Positions 38,206 to 52,391 of a stretch of DNA of 64,000 bases are shown in pieces. The translations under genes and the position numbers were made by a program. The notes beneath the pieces are model-generated. The model had not been told where the DNA came from. It saw only the letters and a program-made list of their open reading frames with translations, and ran no database searches. Origin of the DNA: Octopus sinensis (Eukaryota); contig NC_043004.1 of assembly GCF_006345805.1 (NCBI RefSeq), positions 56,978,001 through 57,042,000 of the forward strand, written 5' to 3'. Numbering within the stretch: position 1 is the first letter of the stretch; each line of letters begins with the position of its first letter.

Positions 38206-38779
38206 CGATCAATAGGGATCGTGTATCACAGAAATAGATAGATAGATAGATAGATAGATGAAAGTATAGATATATACACATTAGCATGTGAAAAAATATG
38301 CTAAGTATGTATGTCATCTAACCAAATCTATACACCCATTTCAGTTGAACAATAACTGGTGCTATACCCATGTATATCATGCTGTCCAATAATTTTTTAT
38401 GTCTATGGTCAACACAGTGTCTGAAAGTAACATCATTTCATGGAACTCTCAAAATCCGTGCTATTTCATACATCTGTAATATTATTGGAAATCTTAAATA
38501 ATATACATGTGTATAGCTCTTGCCGTCGTCTATCAGTAGAACTGTATTGATGAGGTTTGATATGTTTGTTTCCACGGAGATTCACCCCCCACGCCTATCT
38601 TTGTGTATCTGCTTTTTCTTCTATGTCCGCATAACAAAGATCATTTTCATAGACAAATGCCTACATCAACGGCAAGTAGTCAAGACGAAGGAAATGGATT
38701 CCGAGCTTGACCACTAGCTGTTGAATATCTACACCACGCTTACCTTAACATTCTTTACTAGACTCTTTATTTAACTATC

Positions 38780-38899
38780 TATTTCTATCTATCATCTTCC
38801 TGTATGTCTATCTATCTCTCTATCTATCTATATATTTATCTATCTACCTCTCTACCTACCTATCTATCTATCTATCTATCTATCTACCTCTCCACCTAC

Positions 38900-38950
<51 letters not shown>

Positions 38951-39070
38951 CCTATCTATCTATCTATCTATCTACCTATCTATTTATCTATCTACCTATC
39001 TATTTATCTATCTATATATTTATCTATCTCTCTCTCTATATATATATCTATACATGTATATATATATATA
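38780..39070. repeat. (CTAT)n/(CTAC)n tetranucleotide array
   Basis: Direct reading. Confidence 0.95.
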
Positions 39071-40431
39071 AACTCAGGCAAGAAGCTAAAAAGCGAAGAT
39101 TCCAATCTCGCATAAAGAATGCATAGGGACTAGTTGAATTAGTAGCTAAAGCATTGGGCAGTAAAGAAAAAAGCTTTTTGTAACGACATTTAATTTGTGT
39201 ACGTTCAGAATAAAAAAATATTTGTACGCATCACCAGATAGTGGTGGTCAAGACTTTATTCTTCCTTACCAACGAGTTTTATAATGATATACACCAGGAT
39301 GTATAATTTTAGCAGTAAAATGTTTTAACACGGTAAACAAAACAATAAATCAAATGGTGAAGAACAACCGATTTAAGATATGCAAAGAAATATAGACTAG
39401 ACAACACTCTCCAAGATATTCACTAGTACCTTAGCATAATGGTTAGAGCGTTGTTCATCATAAATCTGTTTCATCAGACCTTCAGGTTGAGCTCAGCATC
39501 ATCAATAACACAAAAAAATTCTTTGTGCCTAAAATATTTTTTAAAATGCTTTCTTCATTAGCAACTATGGAGATCGATATTTTTCAAGCAATGCACCAAC
39601 ATCAATGCAAGCAATAGTGCTACTTGGCTATCTGAATCATGAAGAATATTCCGCGTTTAGTTTTCTTTAAATATTTCTCCATCAAAAGCAAGGGATTGAC
39701 AGGACCTTTAGAACTACAGACGAAAGGCTATGCAGTATTTAGTACTATGCATTTACGGTATTTAAGTAGCTTCGTCGTCAGTACGCCTCTCGCAAAATGC
39801 GTGGCCTTGTGTACGGCAAAAGATCGATATTGCGATAAAAAGTGATACTTTCAGCATAATTAATAATCATTAAAATATTCATCATGCATCACTTTCATTT
39901 TTAATTATTTCATTTATTTATATTATGGTAATTAATTAGCGGTTTATTATGGCAGACTAAAAAGTCAGAAGCAATGTTAATCTAGACAAATAATTTCCGA
40001 TCACGGAACTTTATTAATCAGGAGTTGTGGTGTGAATGATATATAGGATGAATTTTAAAGTAATTGACATTGAATTCGTGCTGCCAATGTAAGTGCTTTC
40101 TCGTTTCTCGGACATCATTTTGTTTTTACGAAATATAAGTTAGAACGAATGAAAAACATATGATAAATGAGTTTAAAAAGAATACAAAGGAAATGAGAGA
40201 AGAGAACGAAAATAAAGGAATTTGATAATGAATATGATGGTGATTAACAGGATGTTATAACGGAAACGAAGATGACCACAGAATCGATGAAAACTATGAC
40301 GATGATCATGATAATATCCGTCACAAGGAAAATGATCAATAATGACAATAGTGCGGCTGCCTGAGTGGTTGAAGAGAAGCAAGTTGGAAAAAAAAGAAGC
40401 AAATAACAGAAAGTGGAGGAAGATAAAAGGT

Positions 40432-41190
40432 TTCTTATTTCTTTATTTCCCACAAGGGGCTAAACATAGAGGGGACAAACAAGGACAGACAAAGGGATTA
40501 AGTTAGGTACATTGACCCTATTGCGTAAGTGGTACTTAATTTATCGATCCCGAAGGATGAAAGACAAAGTCGATCTCGGTGGAATTTGAACTCAGAACGT
40601 AAAGACAAAATACCGCTAAGCATTTTGCCCGGCGTGCTAACGTTTCTGCCAGATCGCCTCCTTCAGATGACGGACGAAATGCCGCGAAGCATTTTGCTCA
40701 GCGTGCTAACGATTCTGCCGGCTCCCTGCCAAAAGATAAAGGTTTCTACAGGAAGATAAATGTTTCTAACGCCAAGCAGTCTATTTTCTGAAAATGCCTA
40801 TGAGATATAGTTTTCAAATTATGGCATAGGCCAGTGATTTCGGGTGTTGGGATAAGTCGATTACATTAACCCCTGTGCTCAAATGGTACTAATTTTATCA
40901 CTTCGAAACAACGAAAGGTGAAATCGACCCTGGCGAAATTCGAACGCGCTGCTAAGCAGTCTAACGATTTTGCCTGCTCACCGCCTTATGCACATGAATT
41001 ATTGATTTTAAATTTTGGCAAAAGAGCAGAAAGTTAGGAAAATGGTGTAAGTAGATTACATAGATCTAAGTTTTCAAATGGTACTTATTTTATCGACCTC
41101 GAAAGAATGAAAGGCGAATCCGACCTCGGCGGACGTTGAACTATGATCGTGATGACTGACGAAATGTCGCCAAGTTTTTAACCCGCCGTA
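40432..41190 (-). mobile_element. Cluster of three to four SINE family 2 copies
   Basis: Repeated ggtact...atcga.c.cgaa.gatgaaag.c.aa.tcga.ctcgg.gga.tttgaactcagaacg core at about 40530, 40885 and 41075, with an extra head fragment at 40665-40730. Confidence 0.8.
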
Positions 41191-41902
41191 TGTCCGTGTA
41201 CTATTAGAAATAATTCAATGGAGGAAAAAATATTTTGTGTTATAATATATACGCTAAGGAAAATTATGTACGCTAAGTAAAAACATGTTTTAGCGACACA
41301 CAAAAGCGAGGTTTCTCGCTTGCAATAGCATTGTAGAATATTATCTAAAATACTAAACTCTATGAACAGTCAAACATTAGAGGATATTCCATTCTTTATA
41401 ACATTTTGCTTGGTCGTTTATCCGTTATACGTTAGTTAGTTAAAGAGGTGAGTTGGAGTGAGTGAGATGTGGAACAAAAGTGTGTGTGGGTGAGAGAGAG
41501 AGAGAGGGAGAGAGAAATGTGAGTAGAGAAGAAAGAAGTTAGGAAAGAAGTAGAGAAATATGCATAACAAGGCCATATGCACGTGTGTATTTGAATGGAG
41601 CAGCGAAGTACAAGAGATGCTGAGGGAAAAGGGAGACGGAGAAAAGAGGGAGAGAGAAATGTTAAAGACGCGCTGTAGGATGGTGATGGAAATATATAGG
41701 GTACAATATTTAGCAAAGGCTGATGTTCTGGATGGTGAGATTAAAGAAAGGCAGGCAAAGAGAGATGGATATGGGAGGCAGTTACATTGAGAGAGAGACA
41801 CACACAGGGAGAGAAGCAGATAGCGTTTGAATTGTCAGACAAGAGATAAATCCACAGCAAGAGAACGTAGATATAAACGAACAACTGGACTAAAAACTAT
41901 AA

Positions 41903-42000
41903 TGATGAAGATGGTGGTGGTGGTGGTGGTGATGGTGGTGGTGGTGGTGGTGGTGATGGTGGTGGTGGTGGTGGTGGTGGTGGTGGTAGTGATGGTGGTG
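41903..42000. repeat. (GGT)n trinucleotide repeat
   Basis: Direct reading. Confidence 0.95.
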
Positions 42001-43019
42001 GTCTTGGTCTTGGTTTTGTGTTAGTGGTGAATTCTTTTTGTATATTGAACCATATCTACACTATTCTTCTGCTGGTTCGTTCACACTTCACGCTTTAGTT
42101 TGTTAGAGAGGAGGGTGAGTGAGAGAACGATGTTGGAATATGAGAGTGAGTTAGAGAGCAGATAGCCAGCCGTTGAATTATGCTGTCACTCATGTGGTTG
42201 GTGGAAATGAAAGGTGAAGAAAGAGAAATATAAACTGGTTAGCGGAGGGAAATTTCAAAATGAATTAATACGTTATAGTGACCGGAGGTAAAATGATTTA
42301 TGGAAATATAAATAAACATGAAAACCATCCCTTTCTTTCTTAAATAGCTTCTTTTAATCATTTTCTTTCTGTGGAATTTCCACGGGTCCCGCTAGTTATA
42401 TTTAATCCTTATAGTGCGGATATCAAATATAAGAGCTCAAAATTTCATTACATCTAACTATGAAAAGCAGTTTTATATTCAGTAATTTATGCTTTGAAAA
42501 AAAACTGCGAAAAGCAGTTTTTTTTATATATATATATATAAATTTATGCTTTGTTGAAGGATGCCATATTTGAAATGATTTTTATTGGGATAGATCAAAT
42601 GTTTCAAGATATGTAACATCGTTACAGGAATACTCATGCAATGCAGTTTTACAGTCTAAATTTTACACGTTTCTTTTTACATAATAATTACTGTTTCAAG
42701 TCAAACTCTTAGCTCTAAGCTCCCAATGAAGCAGGCGGCCAGTGGCGGGTCAGCACCTTATTAACCGGGGGCTGCCTTGCCTGAGGTGGGCAGTAGCTAA
42801 CCAATGGAACATGGAGGTCCCACCCACCGTTAGAGGTAACCCGTAGTGCCCATATCTTACACCAATCTGAATGGATTTATCACTCCAGCCACAGCAGGAG
42901 ATATATTAGGTCATGAAATGTGAAAGCCGGACTAAATTATTTTATGCGCAACTCCATTGTCTCCCGAGACAAAAAGGATGCCAACAACAATAGTCATTGT
43001 TTCAATATTTCTATGTAGA

Positions 43020-43440
43020 TAAAATCACCGAGGTTGACTTTGCCTTTCATCCTTTCGGAGTCGATTAAATAAGTACCTGTTACGCACTGGAGTCGATGCA
43101 ATCGACTTAATCCCTTCGTCTGTTCTTGTTTGTCCCCTACTATGTTTAGCTCCCATGTGGGCAACAAAGAAATAAACAGTTCTATGTAAATTTCCATGTT
43201 CTTTCTTTTTCCCTTCTGGACAATAAAGATGACACGATTATTGTTATTAATCTAATGAGCTAGAGAATCGTCAGTTCTTTGAAAAATATAATTTGCTTAA
43301 TTTGCTGCAGTTAGTGTTCAAATCTCACCGAGGTTAGCTTTGCTTTTTATGCTTCCGTGGTCAAAGAAAATTAAAATACCAATTAACTACTGTGATGATG
43401 TTATCAACAGTTCCTGTTCTCCAATTTGTTGTTCTTTGCA
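43020..43440 (+). mobile_element. Two SINE family 2 fragments
   Basis: ccgaggttgactttgcctttcatcctttcggagtcgattaaataagtacc...gtgggcaacaaagaaataa, with a more decayed copy at about 43260-43440. Confidence 0.75.
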
Positions 43441-44054
43441 TTTCGGTCTATAACAGGAAAATTATGATAAAGGGAAATTAGTTGTGAGAGAGATAATTCC
43501 TTCTTTAGTTCTTCGAAAGATTGAACTATTTTTAATCATGGATGTATTTTTCATTTTCGCTTTTTTTATTTTTTATTTTCTCATTCATTTTGATCTATAT
43601 TAATTTATGGTATGGACACTAAACAGTAGCTACTATGGTAGCGCTAGAAGAGGTCTCGCGATAAGAAAACAACATATAATACCAAACAAATTATTAGTAT
43701 TAGTAGCAGTAGTGATAATGATAACAACACCAACAATAATGATAATAATAATAATAATGAAATAACAATGCAGAAAGAAAAGAACATATTGATCATTCGA
43801 TAATGACTGCATTCAAAAAGTTCGTAACAAAAAAGACCATTACAGTAATCAATATACAAAGTTGCCCCTAATGTGTTGTAGAAGAGATGACCTCCCCAGC
43901 TATAAAATTGGAATTGTTATAGCAGACATAAAATCATGAAAACCTAAACATACCAGAGTAATAATTTACAGTCACAGGTAACTACATACAATTATATGTA
44001 CATACATACTTACACACACACGCACACACACACACAGATACACACACTTATATA

Positions 44055-44103
<49 letters not shown>

Positions 44104-44379
44104 ATACATAGATGTATATACATACATACACACACTCACACACATGGCATTCCGCAGCAAATTGGTATATAAACGAAACACGTACATTATTTGAAACTAT
44201 CTATCTATCCATAATAGTTATAATAAGAAGAATTCTTTCTTTATTGGCAACAAGGGCAGAACACAAAGTAAAGAGGACCACACAGAGACGAGTGACAGTG
44301 AAGTTAAACGTGTAAGCATCTAACAAAGATAACGATTGACAAAGAGATTAAACCAACAATATGCTTCCCCAATAGTGGG

Positions 44380-44985
44380 TAGTTCCACCCTAAGATTACC
44401 TAAGTGACCTCATGCTCTTTGAACCCCTTAACACCAACACTTCTTTAGGAAGGCACCATCTTTTCTCCCCTCCATCCGGCCTACAGGAACACAGGGCCAT
44501 TCTTGCCACATCCAATCACTTTTCAACGAACTTACTGGATGACAGTACCTCCCTCACCAGCCTCACTTTCCTTTTCTGCTGGAACCTGAAAAAGTCAATG
44601 AGCCCGCGGCCAAACGGGAATGTATGCATCTTCAACCGTTTCAATCGCGTACACCACACAACCTTTTTTGCCATAGCCACCAGGCAGAGAAAAGTTGCCC
44701 TCCCTTCCCAGCCAAAGGAAGGAGGCGAGGGGATCTTCACAGTTGACTTGGACGATAGCGAGATCCGTCCTACATGCTCGACAAAGTGCCACAAGTTAGC
44801 AATGCGCAGACACTGTAGGCGAGCGCGGGTTCCTCGCTCCGCATGCATCTCGACCAACCAGTCTGACAGCACGTACATGCCTGTAGGGCTTATCTCGAAC
44901 CGTCAACGCTCCCCGATAGCACTGTCAGGCCAGGGCTTTCTGGAAGTTATCCATTGTTCCCGGCCCGAAGATCAGCGAATTGATC
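44380..44985 (-). mobile_element. Tx1/L1-clade LINE ORF2 C-terminal fragment
   Basis: Minus frames: FGPGTMDNFQKALA*QCYRGALTVRDKPYRH, a cysteine-rich remnant, then LWHFVEHVGRISLSSKSTVKIPSPPSF...FLCLVAMAKKVVWCTRLK...FFRFQQKRKVRLVREVLSSSKFVEK. Assignment by pattern recognition. Confidence 0.6.
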
Positions 44986-45230
44986 CCTCTCCGAATGTGT
45001 CGCAACACATTCACCAAAGTAAGCAAGAAGACTGTCCAGAAGAATGGCAGGAGATTCCAAAGGCGTCTGGACGACGTGGTTGAAGTCAATGGTGACTTTA
45101 TGGAATAAATTTAATCTTTAGTATTTCAACACATGTTTATGTAATTTTGGCAAATATATCTTTTAAAATGAGTGGTGAGTCTTATTTTCCTTTATGCGTA
45201 ATTTAGACGACAATTAAATCACTGCACCCT
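44985..45230 (+). mobile_element. Mariner/maT-like DNA transposon 3' remnant
   Basis: NTFTKVSKKTVQKNGRRFQRRLDDVVEVNGDFME* resembles the Tc1/mariner C-terminus (FxxRLEAVVEAxGxFIE). Ends in ...atcactgcaccc|ta. Confidence 0.6.
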
Positions 45231-45720
45231 ATATATATATGTGTGTGTATGTGTGTGTGTGTGTGTGTGGGCGCATCTTTGGAATTTGTTTACGGGAAAT
45301 ATTTCTAACATGCAAGTACACAGGTATGTATGTAAGCATATTCTCTCGTGTCACAATGCATAAGATCATTAGCTAATAATTATATAGCATTACAATACCT
45401 AGACACCATTATAATTTTCGTTCAATAATTAGCGTTAATTTTCAGAGCATGCCCATTTTTAAGAGGCTGCACTGGAAGCATTTACTATTCACTGGTGCAC
45501 CCACAAATTTTCGAAACTCCACGATTACCTTATTTCAAATTAATGCCCACTCAGAATATTCTGAAACACTCCCGGGCACCAAAGTCTGGTGACGAGTCAG
45601 AAATGATGTTTCTTTCTGATTCACCAACCTCAGTGATCCTTAACACTATTTGTATCACTTCTAAAATTTAGGATAATTATGTATTGTTTCAATATTTAGA
45701 ACATTTTTGCGAATTCTCCC

Positions 45721-45773
<53 letters not shown>

Positions 45774-46645
45774 ATAGTATCGAGTGTTTTGAAGTTTCGC
45801 TCAGCTAACACATTATCACTGGACGATCCTTCGACGTCTTCCAAAGTTATGAAGTAATCCTTTAGTTTAATGCAAAATTATTTCCTATTATACTATCAAA
45901 CCAACCAAACACATTTACAGACTTACATACGCACACACATTTTATATACATATCTGACTGCGCCTATGTACATCTGTATCGGATGTGCATAGCGTGTGTA
46001 GCTATCTATATATGATAATTCTTTGATGGATGACGTATTCTGATTTACTATTCTTTATTTATCACATTTTGCCCTTTGAGCACCGCTATTGATTTTTTTG
46101 AATTTTCCTAGTAGAAAGTCTTCAAATTGGTTTCTAGTATTGTATTTATGTTTCGTATCGGAAACTAATTTAATTTACGTCTCTGGAACTTTTTGCCTAG
46201 AAGAATTATTAGTTTTTTCTTTAAATGCGCATATAACTTTATTGCCATTTCTTCTAATATAGATAATATAAATTATTTGTTAAAGCAAATAATATAATGC
46301 AATCTTGGTCTCACATGTAGACTTTCATTAGCACATTTTCAATATTTCTTCTTTGCATAATTTGAACAAATTGTCTTCACCTTGATTATTTGGTTCCAGG
46401 CTATATCACTATTTCTTTCTACATAGATATTTTGAGATTTTATGTATTCATACATACATAAATACACACAGCATAAAGAAGACATCTGTGCACCACTGAT
46501 AAGGAGTTTGCAAACCCTGTACCCTAGATACACTTTTAGCTTCATGTCTATGTTTAGAACAACAGGATACATTCCAAGTCATCTGGAAAATAACACTGCT
46601 GAACATGGGATTCTGGGTAGAGAATGCAAATCCTTCATTCTGATT

Positions 46646-47039
46646 GGCGTAGGAGTGGTTGGTAAGTAGTTTGCTTACCAACCACATGGTTCCGGGTTCA
46701 GTCCCACTGCGTGGCACCTTAGATAGGTGTCTTCTACTATAGCCTGGTGCCGAATAAATCTTTGTGAGTGGATTTGTAGTCGTAAACACAAAGAAGCCCG
46801 GTGTATATATGTATAAATATCTGTGTGTGTATATATATGTTTGTGTGTCTGTGTTTGTCCCACCCCAACATTGCTTTTCAACCGATGCTGTTGTATTTAC
46901 ATCTCCGTAACTTAGCGGTTCGGCAAAAGAGCCCGATAAAATAAATACTAGGCTTACAAAGAATAAGTCCTGCGGTCGATTTGCTCGACTAAAGGTGGTG
47001 CTCCAGTAAGGCCGCAGTCAAATGACTGAAACAAAAGAG

Positions 47040-47040
<1 letters not shown>
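46646..47040 (+). mobile_element. SINE family 1, older copy
   Basis: Head ggcgtaggagtgg...ccgggttcagtcccactgcgtggc and 3' end ggtggtgctccagtaaggccgcagtcaaatgactgaaac. A further internal fragment follows at 47085-47195. Confidence 0.85.
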
Positions 47041-47074
<34 letters not shown>

Positions 47075-47277
47075 ATGTATGTAACGTGTATATGTCTGTG
47101 CCTCTGCTTTTGTACCCCCAGCATCGCTTGACGACCGAAACGGGTGTGTTTACATCTCCGTAACTTAGCAGTTTGGCAAAAGAAACCAATAACCACCTTA
47201 TTTTACAGAAACTTATGTAAGATGGTTGAACTAAATATTTTATGAACAATCTCTTATGTTTCCTTTCGTATTCTATA

Positions 47278-47680
47278 CTAGCAGTATCGCCCGGCGTTGC
47301 TCGGGTTTGTAAGGGAAATAACTATATAAGCATTTTTAGAGAGTTATAGCCAAAAAATAGCAAAAAAAAAATGCATTAAAAATGGAAAAAAAAATGATGG
47401 TAATTTTTTTAAAAAATTGTTGACTCATCGTCGACATTTCTAGAGAGTTACTTCCCTTACATAATAGCGAAAAAATGCCTTAAAAATGGGAAAAAATGAT
47501 GGTAGTTTTTTTTTCAAATCGTAAACTCAACGTAGACGCGCGCTAATACCCAGAAGGGCTCGATATGAATCACGACTATAAGATACCCGCTTTTGTTTAA
47601 ACTGCACCGCAAAATGTGGGAGTAGTTAGGAATCTAAATCGTAGGAGACAGACACACAACTTCACTTTTATATATAAAGA
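47278..47680 (-). mobile_element. Non-autonomous Helitron-like element, copy 2
   Basis: Minus strand A|TCTTTATATATAAAA...cccgagcaacgccgggcgatactgCTAG|T. Same termini as 2159-2653 with a different interior. Confidence 0.75.
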
Positions 47681-47774
47681 TATAGTCTATGCAGCACTTA
47701 AACACTGATTTCACTAGAAATGATACCATTACGATGCGCGAACGTTAATTTCGTATAGATTTCTCCATATTGTT

Positions 47775-47778
<4 letters not shown>

Positions 47779-47829
<51 letters not shown>

Positions 47830-48045
47830 AATTATTGTATACAGTGCTCAGGTGCACCACAACTTGTCAGAAAGTGCATATAAAGTACATGCAGTAATGT
47901 AGAAATGTCTGGAAAGCGAACAATATATGAGTCAGATACATTCTTGTGTGTGTATGGAGGGAAGAAAATCAAGTGTAGTGTTGGCGAATCTCAGGAAGCA
48001 TGGAAGTTTTGAAGGATGCAGTGCTCCGATGCAGTGCACAGTTTA
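47779..48045 (-). mobile_element. 3' end of another non-LTR element with an (ATT)n tail
   Basis: Minus strand ...STASFKTSMLPEIRQHYT* then ...gtggtgcacctgagcactgtatacaataatttc(att)n. Confidence 0.5.
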
Positions 48046-48171
48046 GTAATTGAAGTCTTATCAATGTATAAAATAAATCTTTCATGTTCCACTAATTTAA
48101 ACTTAGTGTGAATTTAGTATAAGTTTATGTTGATAAAGATTCGATTGAAATCAAAAGAAAAGTTTAATTAG

Positions 48172-48403
48172 GGTGGCAGAAACGTTAGCACGCCGGGCGA
48201 AATGCGTAGCCGTATTTCGTCTGCCACTACATTCTGAGTTCAAATTCCGCCGAGGTCGACTTTGCCTTTCATCCTTTCAGAGTCGATAATTTAAGTACCA
48301 GTTACGCACTGGGGTCGATGTAATCGACTTCATCCCTTTGTCTGTCCTTGTTTGTCCCCTCTGTGTTTAGCACCTTGTGGGCAGTAAAGAAATAAGAAAC
48401 GTT
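48172..48403 (+). mobile_element. SINE family 2, near-complete copy
   Basis: ggcagaaacgttagcacgccgggcgaaatg...ttctgagttcaaattcc (B-box-like), core gtcgactttgcctttcatcctttc...gtcgataa...aagtacc, tail ...aaagaaataagaaacgtt. Confidence 0.9.
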
Positions 48404-49212
48404 TAAAACGCACGCACACACACACACATACCTGAAGAGCTCCATTTAAAATTTACAACACCATCACAAGTCAGCAGTACTTGACAACTAATTCGTAGGC
48501 GTCTTATTATTTCATTTAACTTTTAATGTTTGAAAGAGCTATGTATATAAATATTGCCCTACTTAGCGTCCAAGAATCAGATGAAGATCGCATTACGTAT
48601 GGTGAGATGTATAGAAATTGATTCAAAGGAAAATTGCTTAAAATATATAGTCAAAAGCAATTAAATGTAAAATAATTACATTGATTAAACAGGTAATGTG
48701 CAATTAAGCCAGGCAATGTAACCAGTGCTGCAATATAATTGTTATGACTACTCTTTTTTCTAATTGAATATCACAAGAAATTTATAACTAAGTTCTATTT
48801 GATATTTCTCCTTACTGTGTCTTTGAAGAACAAAAGGGTATCTAAAGATATTTCGGGAAACTAAATTAAACAGTTTGTTAATCTATCAAATCGGTACTCA
48901 TATAGAATACGTTGATGACTTGGGTATGTGTGTGGCGAAACTGCAATGGAATGAGGTGGTTATTGAAGACTGAAATTAAGTAACTAATACATACAGAAAA
49001 ATTCATGGATATATTGTCAAACCAAAGGATGTGTCTATCATATTTCAATTCAGATAAACTATGCCTTTGGTTTGTCTTTCAACGAATGTAAAATTCTTAA
49101 GGATTTAAATGCATAAACGTTACTTGTCTGCCAGGATTGATTTGTGAAAATATATATAAGAAGAAATATCTTGAATGACACCCAACCAAAAAGGAATTTC
49201 CTTTCATATATC

Positions 49213-49427
49213 TCTTTCTACTCTAGGCACAAGGCTCGAAATTTTTTGTGGAGGGGGCCAGTCGATTAGATCAACCCCAGTACGCAACTGGTACTTAATT
49301 TATCGACCCCAAAAGGATAAAAGGCGAAGTCGACCTCAGCGGAATTTGAACTCAGAACGTAAAGACAGATGAAATACCGCTTAGCATTTCGCTCAGCGTG
49401 CAAACGTTTCTGCCAACTCGCCGCGTT
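49213..49427 (-). mobile_element. SINE family 2 with the alternative 3' tail
   Basis: Same head and core; tail ...gactggccccctccacaaaaaatttcgagccttgtgcctagagtagaaa. Confidence 0.85.
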
Positions 49428-50025
49428 TTCCCCTTCATATAGCAACATACACATCATCAGCAGACATATACATGCATAAGCACATACATAAAAAAACACA
49501 GACAGACATTACTTGCGCACGGGTTTTATGGTTGAACCTACTACTGCGGATTCTTGTCTAAAAATTTTTCTACTAACGCAGAGACCAACTGATTTTTACC
49601 GAATGAATTTTTGCCAAATCTCTTCAAAAATTGATTTTCCTGGAAGTTTTGTAAGAAACTGTGCAAAACACTTCATCTTGAAATATTAATGAAACTTAAA
49701 TGATATTTAAACGCCTTTTAAGCGGATTTCTAAGACGACTATATCGCATTGGGAATACATTTTTAAGTTGGCTTATGAATATATTTGTTATTCACCCTCC
49801 ACAAGCTACAGGACATACACATACATAAACAGGCATATATTTATATAACTATTAACGAATAGGTAAATGACAAGACGTATTCATATACACATGCATATAT
49901 ACATTATTGAATAGGTAAATCTAAAAGACCAGTCATATCCGCAAGCAATCACGAAAATAAAAATGTATTTACACAAACAGAGGTATATGCGTGTGTGCGT
50001 GTGTGGGTGTGTACATATATATATA

Positions 50026-50235
50026 TTCTTTACTTGTTTCAGTTATTTGACTGCGGCCATGCTGGAGCATTACCTTTAGTCGAGCAAATCGACCCAGGGA
50101 CTTATTCTTTGTAAGCCCAGTACTTATTCTATCGGTCTCTTTTGCCGAACCGCTTAGTAACGGGGACGTAAACATACCAGCATCGGTTGTCAAGCAATGC
50201 TAGGGGGACAAACACAGACACACAAACACACACAC

Positions 50236-50266
<31 letters not shown>

Positions 50267-50420
50267 CGACAGGCTTCTTTCAGTTTCCGTCTACCAAATC
50301 CACTCACAAGGCATTGGTCGGCCCGGGGCTATAGCAGAAGACACTTTGCCCAAGATGCCACGCAGTGGGACTGAACCCGGAACCATGTGGTTAGTTAGCA
50401 AGCTACTTACCACACAGCCA
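50026..50420 (-). mobile_element. SINE family 1
   Basis: Colinear with 3606-4030; the first 10 nt or so of the head are missing. Confidence 0.9.
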
Positions 50421-50438
50421 TTCATAAAATTATTCACC

Positions 50439-50483
<45 letters not shown>

Positions 50484-51559
50484 GTATGAAATGATTCACT
50501 TATATCTATATATCATATATATATATATAGCAGGTAAATGACATTGAGAGCACTGGTGGGTCACCTATATTTTCCCACAGTTTCATACCCGTATTCTGCT
50601 TTTAGCATTTCTTTGATAAAGAGCAGCATGGACATTGAAATTCACAGAATTCTCAACACAGATCAGATAAATTCATAGAAATAAAAATCAAAAATGTAAA
50701 TTATGGAATAAATTGACCAAAAATAATAAATAGAAATAAAAAAAATCTGAAAAGTATCGAATGTATATTAACTAAACTCAAATTCGGTCTTTCCTTTAGC
50801 GCAAATATGTCTTGCCTTTCATCACGCTTGATTAAGACTATAAGATAATAATGTTGCTAATATATAATGTAAAAGGATTCCTTATCTCTATCTGTAAGGG
50901 TTATTCTTCGAAGAACGGGAGGCTAATTTAATAGCCCAGCGGGATACCAACTTTGAGTGCCACATTATGCGGTTATTACCCAGATGATATCAATACGTGT
51001 GTGTGTGAGCGTGTGTGTGGATTTGTGTAAGTATATTAGTGTATATGTATGTATATGTATTTGTATATTTGTACATGCATATATATATGTATATATATAT
51101 ATATATATATTAAAGTTCTTGTATTCCAGACATGTATGTGAAATAAAGGATATTTCATGCTATCAACCGATGGAGTCTAATTGGACAGGTCAGATATATA
51201 ATCAATACAACCGATATTACAAGCAACAAGCTGTACCCGGCTAGCTTAGGAATTATTCATATCTATTTGCACCCAAAAATGTGTGCATCTAATAATCTGA
51301 AAATAGTTTTGTTCATGACGTTATAAATTAATACGAAATTTTAGGAAATTATTTATTGATAGTATCAGCACAACAATACAGTGTCTAGATTTTCTAATTA
51401 ATTTGTACATGGCCATTAGGATATATTGTGAATACATGCACACGCAAGCCATCATAAACATATTCGGACACACACATGCACTGAGAATTTAAGTTCGTTT
51501 CACATGTAAGCGTGTATACAATTGTACAGATGGACATAAATATCGACAGGATACAATGA

Positions 51560-51593
<34 letters not shown>

Positions 51594-51675
51594 ATATCTA
51601 GATATACATATATGTGCATATATACACAAATACATACATATATACACACACACATATATATATATATACCGACAT

Positions 51676-52097
51676 ACTCTTTCTCTTTTACTCTTTTACT
51701 TCTTTCAGTTATTTGACTGCGGCCATGCTGGAGCACCGCCTTTAATCGAGTAACGCCGGGACTTATTCTTTTGTAAGCCCAGTACTTATTCTATCGGTCT
51801 CTTTTGCCGAACCGCTAAGTGACGAGGACGTAAACACACCAGCATCGGTTGTCAAGCAATGCTAGGGGGACAAACACAGACACACAAACATATACACACA
51901 CACACACACACACTTATGTATATATACATATATACGAGAGGCTTCTTTCAGTTTCCGTCTACCAATCCACTCACAAGGCATTGGTCGGCCCGGGGCTATA
52001 GCAGAAGACACTTGCCCAAGATGCCACGCAGTGGGACTGAACCCGGAACCATGTGGTTGGTTAGCAAGCTACTTACCACACAGCCACTCCTGCGCCT
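51676..52097 (-). mobile_element. SINE family 1
   Basis: Colinear with 3606-4030; (GTAAAAGA)n-type tail. Confidence 0.9.
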
Positions 52098-52354
52098 ATA
52101 TATATATACATGCATATACATGCATACATATATACGTACGCAAATATGCATACATACCCATATATAAACATATATATATATACATAGTTATATATACATA
52201 CATCTATATGCATATACATTATACGTACTTATATATACTTATATATGCATATACATACATATATACATACGTATATACATACTTATATACATGCATGCAT
52301 ATGTATATATACATATATATTTATATATATACATATATATACGTACATATTCAA

Positions 52355-52391
<37 letters not shown>

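Noticed and set aside
44412-45083. 223-aa plus-strand ORF as a host gene
   Set aside because: It is the antisense of a Tx1-like ORF2 fragment joined to a mariner remnant, with no domain of its own.
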